A stretch of 60,312 nucleotides of DNA, filler included, from Basidiobolus meristosporus CBS 931.73 (lineage: Eukaryota > Fungi > Basidiobolomycota), in assembly GCA_002104905.1 (NCBI GenBank). It is 3 parts of 3 records of this genome, joined end to end, with 100 filler letters (N's around TTAATTAATTAA, not from the genome) between each part and the next. Parts side by side here need not be neighbours in the genome. Positions count along the whole stretch, not along the records: positions 1 to 18,555 come from MCFE01001057.1; 2 more parts are not named here. The stretch is one strand, 5' to 3'. The translations under genes were made by a program, and so were the position numbers. The notes beneath the pieces are model-generated. The model was not told the origin of the DNA, ran no database searches, and saw only the letters and a list, made by a program, of their open reading frames with translations. Positions 1-11,708 of this stretch are shown here, piece by piece (position 1 is the stretch's first letter; every line of letters starts with the position of its first letter).

Positions 1-3000
1 AAGACTACTTTGACTCAACACCGTAAGAGAAGAGAAAAAAGACCATGTGGCTCTTGTGGCAAGCCTCTCAGCCATGAAGCATGCAGACTGCATAGGAAGT
101 ATTACAAGGATCATGGCCAGTGTTTTGCCACCCAAGTCATATTTGACCATCCATTGGTCACTACTGTACCAACATTATCTTGCCGGCCAGTTGATACTTC
201 TATATTGGCACCTGGCTGTCTTTGTCACCTTGCGCAAACTGAGTCAGGTGAGTTTGTGACGCCTTTAGGCTCACCTCAGCCTTCTGAATATGGCATGCAG
301 AGTGATAGCTCTGACAAAGAAGGTTCACTGATGGATTTTGAGCCTATCTCCCCTAACAACAGTACCATGTATGAGCCCAGTCAAATCCCTATATGCAATG
401 AGACAACACCTGTTGAGACAAATGCCAAGGATACTTTATGGAGCCAAGTGAGCCCAGTAATCCATCTACTGGTGAATGATGTGATGTTGTGGCTAGAGAA
501 GTGGCACATTTCCACTAATATCAGTAATGGGGGCTTTGAGGATTTATTACTACTTCTTGCCAAAATTGTACCGGGATGCAACTTACCATGTACATTGTAC
601 AAGTGGACACCATCATGCAGCTGGCAACATATGACCCAGAGACTGTCCTAACTCCAGCGCATGTCAACAGTTGCATGGCATCCACATCCAAAAATGCTAC
701 CATTGCAACATGTTCAAATTGTCAGGAATCCACCACCATTGAGAGAAAACATTGTTCACACTCCGGATATATTCCAGTCATACCCCATCTGAGGAAGCTG
801 ATGCAGTTTGACAAATATTGCAAAGCTATACAGTACCGCACTCAGTATCAATCAAGCGCAAACATATCCAATATATTTGATGGCAAACATTACAAACAGC
901 TAAGAAGCAAGGGCTACTTTGAAGGTATGTATGACCATGCCTTTGCTTTAGTACTTGATGGATTCTCATTAAACAAGTACTCAACCAGCAAATCCTGCTT
1001 GCCACTGGTTCTCATCAATCTGAATCTGCTGCCCATCTTACGGTATCAGAGCAATAATCTGATGGTAGTCTCACTGGTATCTGGGCCTAAATCACTCTCC
1101 AACCTGGATGGCTACCTGTATCCATTACTGAATGAATTTTGTATGCTTTCCAGCAGGATAACAGTGAATGGCCATCATGTAAAAGCGCATGTTATTATCT
1201 GCATTGGAGATACCCCAGCCATCAGCAAGATAAAAGGTTTTCCCGGGCACAATGGACGGTACTACTGTTGAATGTGTGAGATCCAGGGGATTTACTCCAT
1301 AACTCATACACATTATTATTACCCAAACACAAGCACTAAGAACATCATCTTTCCACAGAGAGAATGTACAGAAGTAAGCATGCAATTGCAGCAAAGTTGG
1401 CAAGCTATTAGTCATTGGCCAGAATATGGAATCAATTGGAAACTGGAGATACTGAGATAGAGGGTATTTGTTGGAGCAAAAGCTTTCCACTGGGAGCAAT
1501 GCATTTGCTTTTCAACATTATCCCTGTACTGATGACCAAGTTGTACATGGGGCATTTCAAGCTAAATGAACCCTTCAAGATACTTGAGAAATTTGAAAAA
1601 ATTGGTAAGATATTACAGAGTATCCGCTACCCTAAGTACCTCTCACAGGCTCCAATTAATATTCATGCACATATGCTACAATACAAATGCAAAGACTGGA
1701 TGAACTGGATATGTATTTATTCAAGTGGTGTTCTGAAGCCATTCCTACCAAGAGCACATTGGAAGCATTGGGAGTCATATGTGGACATTGTAGGAATATT
1801 TATCCAGAAGCGGATCACCAATGCCAACTGGACGCATCTACAGCTGTTGTGTGAGGAATTTGTGACAGGATTTGAGCAGCTATACTACAAACATAAAGCT
1901 GAACATGTAGATCTCTGCCGCTACTGTATCAATTCTCTACTCCATCTTGCACGGTGTGTGGAGAATATTTGGCCTTGCTTCACCTTTTGGGAGCTTCCTA
2001 TGGAGTGGATGTGTGGAAAGATAGGAAGACAAGTCAAGTTGCAGGTACTACCATATCCCAATTTCATCAAGAATATTACCTTCAAGTCCATCATGGATGT
2101 GATGAGTTAGCACATGGAGGACAGCCAGAAAGAGTTGGAAAATACTCAGGACAAATGTGCACATGGAGACATCTATGCCTATGGCATTAAGAAGCTAAGC
2201 GGCCCCAATGCATGGGTAACCAGTTAAGTAATGCAAAGTTGGGTTGGGTGCAACAAGCAACTAATTTTTATCAGTAAAACTCCACTAGGATATGCCGGAT
2301 TTCTTGTGATCACAAGCCAACTTCTACACTATTCAATATGGAATTCACGCAAACAAAAGCCAGAGCACACCTATTAGGGGGACTAGAATCCAGCAGGGAG
2401 AAGGAATATATTAGCTAAATACTAAGAAGTTCTTTGCCGATATTCAGGAGGTATTCATGGCAGAAGTGGCAACAACCAAGCATATGTTTGCAAGATGTAT
2501 ATGCTACCAGCAGTACAAGGTATATGGCAACTTTGCAAGTATCACACTAAAAAGCCGTAAAGTTGAGGTGATAGAAGTATGTCAATTGCAGCAGGTGTGC
2601 GCGTTTGTAGAGGTTAGTAAGCAGGAGGCCATAGTTTTTCTTGATTCAAACTTTATGTGGAATACCCAAGGTAGTAGTGGGTAAGCAAATAAAGAAAGGT
2701 GATTCTACAGTATAATATATGAATTGCACAAGGGGAGGTAGAAAAAGGAAATACCATTTGGTAAATTGGTATGGTAGCATTATACAGAACCAGTGGTAGG
2801 CCATCATACTGCCAAGAAAAAGCCATCAGAGTCTTACTGTGTGGCCACCAAAATACCGTCAAGTTTCTTGCCATATAAGGCAATTAGAAGTCCTGGCCAA
2901 CTTGATCCACTTAAAATAGTAATAGAGTGCTGAAAGACCGCAACAATAACATGCAAATATTGTCACAGCACAGATCAAAAGTTGTCAAGTTTTATCCCTT

Positions 3001-3162
3001 TATTTGGCTGTAAAATTTGCAAAACACCGTCATGATCTTGTTATAAGATTGTCAGGAGGGTCACTAATTCCAAGCTGCTGTTATTATGACGGTCTCTGAA
3101 CGGGATCTTGACGGATGATCCGGATTGGATCCACCTGCAGGACCAAATTATTTTTCATAGGG
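1..3162 (+). mobile_element. CACTA/EnSpm-like DNA transposon, copy 1 (left end outside the window), degenerate
   Basis: Carries Tnp2-type transposase fragments and ends in CAAATTATTTTTCATAGGG (3144-3162). The same end occurs at 12879 and is the inverted complement of CCCTATGAAAAAAAATTG at 31650. Sequence after 3162 resumes as a paralog of ~1753 onward, so this copy sits inside copy 2. Confidence 0.8.
10..2684 (+). pseudogene. CACTA transposase (Transposase_21/Tnp2-like plus DUF4218-like region), broken by stops and frameshifts
   Basis: Motifs FALVLDGFSL...LPLVLINLNLLPILRY...SGPKSLSNLDGYLYPLLNE, GDTPAISKIKGFPGHNGRYYC*MC (TGA at 1269-1271, likely from CGA) and LLHLARCVENIWPCFTFWELPMEWMCG in ORF pieces 576-1271, 1272-1460 and 1415-2110. 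Confidence 0.8.
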
Positions 3163-3880
3163 GTACATTGGATGCATTGGGAGTCATATGTGGACATTGT
3201 AGGAATATTTATCTAGAAGTGGATCACCAATGCCAACTTGACACACCTACAGTTGTTGTGCAAAGAGTTTGTAATGGGACTTGAGTGGCTATGCTATAAA
3301 CATGAAGCTGAATGTGTAGATCTTTGCTGCTACTGTATCCATTATCTACTCCATCTTACACAGTGTGTGGAGAATATTGGGCCTTGCTTCACCTTTTGGG
3401 AGTTTCCTATGGAGCAGATGTGTGGGGATATTGGATGAGAAGTCAAGTTGCAGGTACTACCATATCCCAATCTCATCAGGAATATTAACTCAAAGTCCTT
3501 CATAGATGTGATGAGTTGGCACATGGGGTACAGCCAGGAACAGTTAGAAAATACTGAGGACAGATGTGCATGTGGAGACACCAATACCTATGACATTAAG
3601 AAGCTAAGCAGCCCTAATGAGTGGGTAATCAATTAAGTAATGCAAAGCTGGGTTGGGTGCAACAAGCAACTAACTTTTGTTAGGAAAACTCTACCACATT
3701 ATGCTAGATTTCTCTTGGTCATAAGCCAACTTCTACACCATTCAATACAGAATTCACACAAACAAGATCCTGAGTACACCTTCAAGGGGGACTAGCATCC
3801 AGCAGGGAGAAAGAATATATTAGTCTTGTTCCATTGGATAGTGCCACATAGTGCCAGCCTGTTTATGGTGCTGGATCAAT

Positions 3881-3920
3881 CTGGCACTATCTGGCACTAT
3901 CTGGCACTATCTGGCACTAT
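3881..3920 (+). repeat. Subterminal tandem repeat (CTGGCACTAT)x4
   Basis: Four exact 10-bp units. The GGCAC/GTGCC motif recurs near all ends of this family. Confidence 0.9.
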
Positions 3921-4013
3921 ACTTTCTACCATCATGCCAGTGGTAGGTTATAGTTACTGGTAATTTTACTCATTTTACTTATGTTGCTCAGAGTAGTGCT
4001 TTCCTTGCTTTAT

Positions 4014-5163
4014 TTACTCTTCATAATGCTCCAGACACATTTCTCTCAGTGGATGTCTTCTTGTATAAATATACTGTGCATTGATAAGTAGACTTGTTCC
4101 ATTGTGCCATTGATCATAGTGCCAGAGAGTGCTGCATATTTTGTTATTAATTTGATATTTTAGGGTCATATGCATGTCAATTTTGATCCCAAATTGGCAC
4201 TCTATTGCACCATTTGGCACTCTGAGGCATGATCAGGCACCATCTGGCATGCTATGGCACTATTGGGTACTATGATCAGCTGCAATGATGGAACAAGTCT
4301 AGTATCTTAACTATTTTACCTATTCTGATGTTTTCTCCTATATATGACTTTCCTCTGTATTTACCTGCCAATATGCTGAATCTCATCAGATATCCAAATG
4401 TATGCTCTACCCTCACTCTGAAATGACTAAATATCTCATAGTAGAGCTTCTGCTTCCTGCTAAGCACACCATTCCTTGACCTCCTATAAGCTGTAATACA
4501 TCTTAATTTCTGACAATCCTCTCCCATATAAGCTAAGTCTGCCATATATTTCTCCCCTCAACTGAATTCTGGATGATTTTCTACCCAGAGTGCTTTGTCA
4601 TGCCTACCCCCAGCAAATGGCTCACTAAACCAGATGATGTTACTTTCATTGTCAGACAGTGCTTGAAACTTTACACAGTGTGCATTTTACTTGCCAGAAT
4701 AAAAGTGCCTCTGCCCTCTAGAAGGTCTGTTAATCCTGACTGGGAAGGTATCCAAAATACTTCTTATATGGAACCTGTTGCTGAACACTCTGGGATATGG
4801 AAGTCTATTGAAGCTTCTAAACCTAGTACTCCAAGCTTGCTCTAAGTCATTCATGCCCTCTACAAGGTGGTTCTTCATTGCTGTCAGCTGAGAATGAAAG
4901 CTTCTACAACTTTTGTTGCCATGGATGGTGAGATGAAACCTTGCAGGGCAATAGTTCTTGTAATAGCAGAGAAGCTAAACAAGGGATCTTCTTGGGTAGA
5001 TTGGGGTAGATGGACCACAGTACTTTGTATAGATCTCCTCAAGTGTATCAAAAGGAAATTCAGTGGTAGTAATGGGATTGATGAGAAAAGACCATTCAGA
5101 TGAATAAGTCATATCAAAATTGGAAAAGATTGCGCTGAGATGATTTGATTTGATTTGGCGCAA
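4014..5163 (-). pseudogene. Harbinger/IS5-like DDE transposase (DDE_Tnp_4 type), disrupted
   Basis: Minus-frame translation ILDTFPVRINRPSRGQRHFYSGK*NAHCVKFQ...FAGGRHDKAL...*GEKYMADLAY...RVRVEHTFGYLMRFSIL. Removing the 4090-4300 MITE plus one TSD copy restores ...KIVKILINAQYIYTRRHPLR...YEE*. Confidence 0.8.
4090..4300. mobile_element. 211-bp MITE of the AGACTTG/ANT family, inserted in the transposase gene
   Basis: TIRs AGACTTGTTCCAT / ATGGAACAAGTCT; AGT duplicated at 4087-4089 and 4301-4303. Confidence 0.85.
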
Positions 5164-5430
5164 TCAGCTTTATTTATCTGATTTTCCATGCATTATGATT
5201 AAATCTCCATCAATTGCCATGTATCCCATCATTATGTCACAAAAATCATCCTCAAACAATGACTGGGTATTTTTATTGATGTTTTACTCACAAATCTATA
5301 ATCAAATAGGAAATCTGCAATTGATGTGATCTGATCCATGTCAATGCAATCCAAGATGCATCATGCATAATATATGAAAAATTCAACAATCACATTAGTT
5401 TTCATATATATTTCATAAAAGACTAGGTTG

Positions 5431-6432
5431 ATGCCACTACACCACTGTGTAAGTGTCCAAATCCGTCACAATGGTCCCTATACCAAGTCTTAAGTATCTT
5501 TAGCTCAACCCAGACAAAACCCTTCCCTCAGCTCACAAGTAAGGTCTGGATCAGAAAAGGCAATGTTGGATCTGTTTGAGTTCTTGCCAATTGATTTCAG
5601 TATGGCCCAAGTGTCTTTGATGAGCCTTCAAACAAATATCTGGGCACTACTCAATAATATAGCAGAACTAGATACCTTGGAGAGCCAACACAGATGGAAG
5701 AACCTGAGTAGAAAGCTGTGGCATGAATTCTACATCAAGATGCCAGCTAATGTATGTAAGAAGATATATAACAAGACAAGTATTGAAATCAAAAATGAGC
5801 TGTGAGTGAGGGGATTTGATGAGGAAGCTGTGTGGGGACAATTTCACACGCAATTTGCACAGTACAGGCCAGACGCGTCTGTTAGTGCCTTGACTTTGGG
5901 AGCTAAAGAGATTTTGAATGAGTTTTTGCCTCAAATGACTAATGTATTATGTGATATATTAGTAGAGCTAAGTGGCTTCCAAGAGCAATATACACATGAC
6001 TCATCCAGGCAACAGTTGCAAATTATTAGACAGAGGATAAGTGAATAACTTGAGGAATCAGAAGGTGAGCTTCAAGAGGAGGAATACAGACTGCAAGCAA
6101 CATTGTCTAGATTGCACCAGCTCACTTTGCTGGATTCCTTACCATCCCTTGCAACTTCAGCACGCTGGCACATGTCAGTCCAAACTACACCAACACCCTT
6201 CACAAGAGTGCCCTGCATTGACTCAACGCATATTGGGTCAACACATACACTTCAGAGCAAAACCACCAGAACATGCCAAACTGCTCAAAAGACACAAGTC
6301 CATTGGAGCAGGCCAAGTTGCATCAACAACCAGCATCACATCAAACTCAACCAAGGGCCATGCCAGCGCATCAATTTGCATCTGCACATGCCATTACACC
6401 TGACCATCAGCAGGTTTCTTCTGGTGAACTGA
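5431..6432 (+). pseudogene. Second (divergent) ORF of the Harbinger-like element, putative accessory DNA-binding protein
   Basis: ORF pieces 5563-5805, 5806-6048 and 6103-6432 share one frame. That frame opens at ATG 5431 and is broken only by in-frame stops at 5491, 5803 and 6046, each one C>T away from a sense codon. No domain recognised; the role is inferred from two-ORF Harbinger architecture. Confidence 0.5.
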
Positions 6433-7041
6433 CAGATGATGACCCACATGAAGTGCCTCCACCACCAGAGCCATTGGCAAGTAGAAGAACGCATCAGCAC
6501 ATAGCACTGCAGGCCAGCTCAGTTGCATCATCTGGAGCAATTTAGAGTGGCCAAGCTGCAGCATTGCACTGATCAACTAGGAGGTAAAATACTGACTACA
6601 AATTCACAAGTAGCCAAGAGGATAGTCAACAAGAAAGTAGCTTAGGTGTGCAAAGTGAATCACTACCAAATGCTTCAGTAGTAATCCCTGTGAGAAAAAT
6701 GCCTAGGATAAGATGATGCAATTGCATTGAATTGCTATTATTTGTAATGATCCAAATAATGCATTTTTTTTGCAATCCGCATCAAGCCATTGCAAATCAG
6801 TGATCACTAAATCTTTGATATAAGCAATATTAAGGTTGTCTCACATCTGAGATAGGACTCCTATAAATAGACACCCTGCATATGTATACATCATCTGTGG
6901 CACCAGTGCAGCCATTTTATCTGATTTGCCCCCATACAATTGGTTGTGTGCTAGCTATGACACCTTGTCCAATCACTAGGATCAAGGATTTACTTGCTTA
7001 ATGGGCAAGATGTCATATTTGATGGCAAATCAGGTAGCTTG

Positions 7042-7390
7042 TGACGTAAAAATTTGTATTTCCACCTAAATATTCACCTAACTTAGTCACGTAGATCATT
7101 ACCTTGAAATCCTAGAGAATACTGACCAAATTCCTTGTTGGGACTTACTTAGAATATTTTCACCAAAATACCTGGTACCCAGAACATGAAAATTTGATAA
7201 GTTGTCCAAACAACCCCAAACTTTGCACACATGTTCTTGGGACCTTCCTTAACCTATTCTATGTGTCTGTAATGCCAAGACCAGGTAAAAGTATAAATAC
7301 TACTTTTACATTCAATAAATCATTAAGTGAAAACCACATAATCTACTTGTTCTCCCAATCACTTCCAATATCTCCAAGAATCTTACAACA
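7042..7390 (+). repeat. Copia 5' LTR (349 bp)
   Basis: Direct repeat of 11377-11708; TATAAA at 7292-7297 and AATAAA at 7314-7319. Confidence 0.95.
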
Positions 7391-7402
7391 GGTTATGAGC
7401 CC
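7391..7402 (+). promoter_or_regulatory. Primer-binding site complementary to the anticodon arm of initiator tRNA-Met
   Basis: GGTTATGAGCCC directly abuts the LTR and is the reverse complement of GGGCUCAUAACC of yeast tRNAiMet. Identical in copy 4 (58230-58241, minus strand). Confidence 0.85.
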
Positions 7403-10400
7403 CAAGCTGTCACTCTCTGCAATGTCTACTACTGCTATTACTGGAATTTTTCCCTCTGCTGCAAAGTTGGATGGATCCAGCTACCAAGTGTGGAAAGTGA
7501 AGGTAAAGATGCTGCTACAAGAAAGAGGCCTTTGGGATATTGTCATGGGAGAAGAATACCCTGCTAAAAACGTGGGAGAGGAAGCCTTAAAGTACCAGAA
7601 GAAAGAACAAAGTGCTTTTAACTGCATTTGCCTTAATGTCAAGGACAAATTGCTAATTCAATGCTCAAGAGCAAAAACAGCAAAGAATGCCTGGAAAGCA
7701 TTGGAAGACACCTACCAGTCATGTTCAGCTGCCAAGAAAATGTATCTGAGACAAAAATTCTTTACTACAAAGATGCTGCCAGGAGAAGAAATGAAAAATC
7801 TAATTAACAGAATTACCCTGCTGGTAGATGAGATGGAATCTGTGGGCGTACCAACTACTGATGAGGATGTGATAGTTACCATCCTGAATAGCCTGACAGA
7901 TGAGTTTCAGGGCCTTGTATCAGCCCTAGAGTCCAGAACTGAAGATTTGACCTTAAATTACGTATATGGAAGGCTCCTGGATGAAGAACTAAGAAAAGCA
8001 AGCACCAAGAAGAAGGAAGAAGAAAATGCTTTAATAAGCAATGATAACCAACAAAGGAGGTACCCAAGACCCTACAAAGGCAACAGCAACCTATTTTGCA
8101 ACTACTGCAAAAGGAAAGGACACACATCAGACCGGTGTCTCAAAAAGAGAGATTATCAGCAAAAGAAGCCTGAATATGGAAATGCTGCAACAACTGAAGA
8201 TAGACTATTCATATCTGCACTAAATATGACCACAAACAAGGATTCTCAGACGTGGTATATTGACTCTGGAGCTTCTCAACACTTTACACACCAAAAAGAA
8301 CTTTTTACCCAATATCAAGATATTCCAATTAAGAAGGTTTTCATGGGTGACAATAGAACACTTGATGCAGTGGGAGAAGGAACTATCCAAGTAAACCTAA
8401 GAAGCAGTGAAGGATGCCATATACTGACCTTTAAAGAAGTACTCTATGTACCAGAAATAGCCAAGAACCTACTCTCTGTAAGCAAGGCCACAGCAAAAGG
8501 ACTCAGTTTCAGTTTTGACAATTCTGGATGCAGGATCACTGATCAAAATGGTGCCCATATTGCTTTGGGCATCAGAGATCAGAATCTATACAAGTTGACT
8601 TATATTCCATTATACGTGGAAGCCAATATAAGTAACTCAAATGAAGAAACACAAATGCTTTGGCACAGGAGATTTGGACACATCAATTTTGATTATTTGC
8701 GTAAAATGATCAAAGATCAGCTAATTTCTGGAGTGAAAATTGATCCCCCAGCTAATTTGGAGCACTGTGAAGCCTGCATATATGGGAAACAAGCCAGACA
8801 GCTGTTCAAGAGCTCTGGGTTAATCAAAACTAAGAAAAAATTAGAACTAATTCACTCAGATCTGTGTGGACCTATGCAAAATTTATCCTTAGGCGGGATG
8901 AAGTATTTAATCACTTTTATTGATGATTATACAAGATACACATGGGTCTACTTCATGGAGAGAAAGGGAGAAGCTCTGTCTAAGTTCAGAGAGTTTAAAG
9001 CCATGGTGGAGAGAGAAACTGGTGAAAAAATCAAGAAAATACGCTCTGACAATGCTGGAGAATATACCTCAAAACTCTTCATCCACTTCTGCAAAATTCA
9101 TGGGATAAAGCAAGAGACTACTGTACCATACTCCCCACAGCAAAATGGAGTAGCAGAACAAGCTAACAAATCAATAATTGATATGGCAAGATCTATGATC
9201 CATGATCAAAAATTATCCTATGATTTTTGGGCGGAATCAGTTGCCACTGCTGTATATCTTAAAAATAGGAGTTATAACAGAGTACTTTGTGATTCTACTC
9301 CATTTGAAGCATGGTATGGATACAGACCAAATGCAGAACATCTAAGAATATTTGGGTGTACAGCATATGCCAAAAAACTGGCCGGAAATTAGTCAAAATT
9401 TGAGCCAAAAAGTGTAAAATGCATATTTTTGGGCTACTGCAATGAGAGTAAGGCATACAGACTCTACAATACCAAAGCAAAGAAGCTGATCAAGTCCAGG
9501 GATGTGTTGTTTGATGAAAATTCAAAATTTTTGCAAAAAATGACATCAGATGATGATGAAAATTTGATCTCAAGTCCACCAATTGTCAGGATTGAATCAG
9601 AGCAAAACAATGAAAATTTTTTCACTCCAGAGGACTCCACAACCGTGGTTCAGCCAGAATCAGTGCCCAGGAATATCCCAGAAGTGATCATTCCAGTATC
9701 AAATGCCCGGAGATCAAATTGTACAAGAAATAGCCCAAATTACTATATCAATGAGGGTACAAACTTAACCTATGCCTATTCAGTCCATGTTGATGAACCC
9801 CAGACTGTAAAAGAGGCCCTAAATAGCCCTCAGACAAGGTTTTGGAGATCTGCAATGACTGAGGAATATCAGGCCCTGATGGAAAATCAAACTTGGGACT
9901 TAGTCAAATTACCAATCATCCAAAAATCAATTGGATGCAGATGAGTCTTCAAGACAAAATACAAAGCTGATGGTACAATTGAAAGAAACAAAGAAAGACT
10001 TGTAGCCAAAGGATACTCTCAAACAAAAGGACTGGACTATACTGAGACTTTGGACTGGTAGCCAAGTTTAATTCCATCAGATTAATATTGGCTATTGCAG
10101 CCAAATATAAGTTTTTTTTTCATCAAATGGATGTAAAAACTGCATTTTTGAATGGAGAACTTGATGAGGACGTGTATATGGACCAGCCTGATGGGTTTGC
10201 TTACCAAGATAACCCCCATTTGGTCTGCAAGCTTAAAAAGTCACTATATGGTCTCAAACAATCACCAAGAGCTTGGAATTGCAAGATAGATTCTTATTTG
10301 GAATCCTTGAGTTTCAAAAGAAGTAATGCTGACTATAGTATATACACTAAGCCAGATAGAGCAAATCCAGTTCTACTAGCTCTATATGTGGATGATCCTA

Positions 10401-11365
10401 TTATAGCCGCCAATAACCTAGAAACATTGGAAGAGACTAAATCCAGCCTATACAAGGAGTTCAAGATGTCTGATTTAGGAGAACTTGGTTACTACTTAGG
10501 GATTAGGTTCTCCATAGACAGAAGTACCCAGACTATTACCCTAAGCCAATCCAAGTATATTCAAGATATACTAAAGAAGTACCAAATGGAAGACTGTAAA
10601 CCGGCAGCTACCCCAATGGAGACAAACCTTAACTTGGTCAAAACTCAGCCAAATCAAGAGAGCTTGGTGCCATCTGAAAGCCCTGACTTTCCTTATCAAT
10701 CTATGATCGGCAGTCTGATGGATATCATGCTTGGAACATGTCCAGATATCTCATATTCAGTGGGAGTTGTCAGCCAACATAATCAGAACTATGGATCTGA
10801 TCATATTGCAGCAGTTAAGCGGATTTTTAGATGCCTAAAAGGAACTGCTGATATTTGCTTAAGATACACTTATAAGGACTCAGAACAAGATCTTGTGGGA
10901 TACTCTGATGCAGATTGGGGACAAAATTTAGAAGACAGAAGATCCACCATAGGATACACCTTTCTTTACTGTAAAGGAGCAATTTCATGGAATTCAAGAA
11001 AGCAACCAACCGTAGCACTTTCCACCACAGAGGCAGAGTATATGGCAGCCTGTGAAGCTACAAAAGAAGCAATGTGGTTAAGAAAGCTGTTTACAGATTT
11101 AGGCCTATGTCAAGAAACGCCTATTACTTTATTTCAAGATAATCAAGGATGTATACAATTAGGTAGAAATCCAACTTTTCATGCTAGAACCAAGCACATA
11201 GATATTAGACATCATTTCATATGTGAAGCTATAGAGAATAACTTAGTTAGCTTAGTTTACTGTCCTACAGATGAAATGATTGCAGACATATTTACCAAAC
11301 CATTAGCTAGAGACAAGTTTGAATATCTTAGGTCAAAATTAGGACTAGTCAGTATGGGCATTTAG
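7395..11365 (+). pseudogene. gag-pol: Copia gag-pol polyprotein, disrupted
   Basis: Zinc knuckle CNYCKRKGHTSDRC, protease WYIDSGAS, GAG-pre-integrase LWHRRFGH, integrase IHSDLCGP...RSDNAGEY, RT HQMDVKTAFLNG/LALYVDD, RNase H GYSDADW...ADIFTKPL. Stops at 9390 (CAG>TAG) and 9942 (TGG>TGA) and a 1-nt deletion near 10050 relative to copy 2. Confidence 0.92.
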
Positions 11366-11376
11366 CTGAGTGGGGG

Positions 11377-11708
11377 TGTTGTAAAAATTTGTATTTCCAC
11401 CTAAATATTCACCTAACTTAGTCACTTAGATCATTACCTTCAAATCCTAGTGAATACTGACCAAATTCCTTGTTGGGATTTACTTAGAATATTTACCCAG
11501 AACATGGAAATTCTCAGAGTTGTCCAAACAGCCCCAAACTTTGCACACATGTTCTTGGGATCTTCCTTAGCCTATTCTACGTGTTTGTAATGCCAAGACC
11601 AGGTAAAAGTATAAATACTACTTTTACATTCATTAAATCATTAAGTGAAAACCACATAATCTACTTGTTCTCCCAATCACTTCCAATATCTCCAAGACTC
11701 TTACAACA
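11377..11708 (+). repeat. Copia 3' LTR (332 bp, 17-bp deletion)
   Basis: Follows the purine tract GAGTGGGGG. About 19 substitutions and one 17-bp gap relative to the 5' LTR (counted by eye). Confidence 0.95.

Larger units (their letters stand above)
7042..11708 (+). mobile_element. Ty1/Copia LTR retrotransposon, copy 1 (full length, inactivated)
   Basis: Two LTRs (TG...CAACA) and a 5-bp TSD GCTTG (7037-7041, 11709-11713). An empty paralogous site with a single CAAGC occurs at 29669-29673. Domain order is gag-PR-IN-RT-RH. Confidence 0.95.

Noticed and set aside
7194-7394. Gag ORF apparently extended upstream through the LTR (also 57296-58369, 11581, 51033)
   Set aside because: The upstream ATG precedes the LTR TATAAA, so it is probably not on the genomic transcript, and an open frame over ~40-65 codons in near-identical LTRs is weak evidence.
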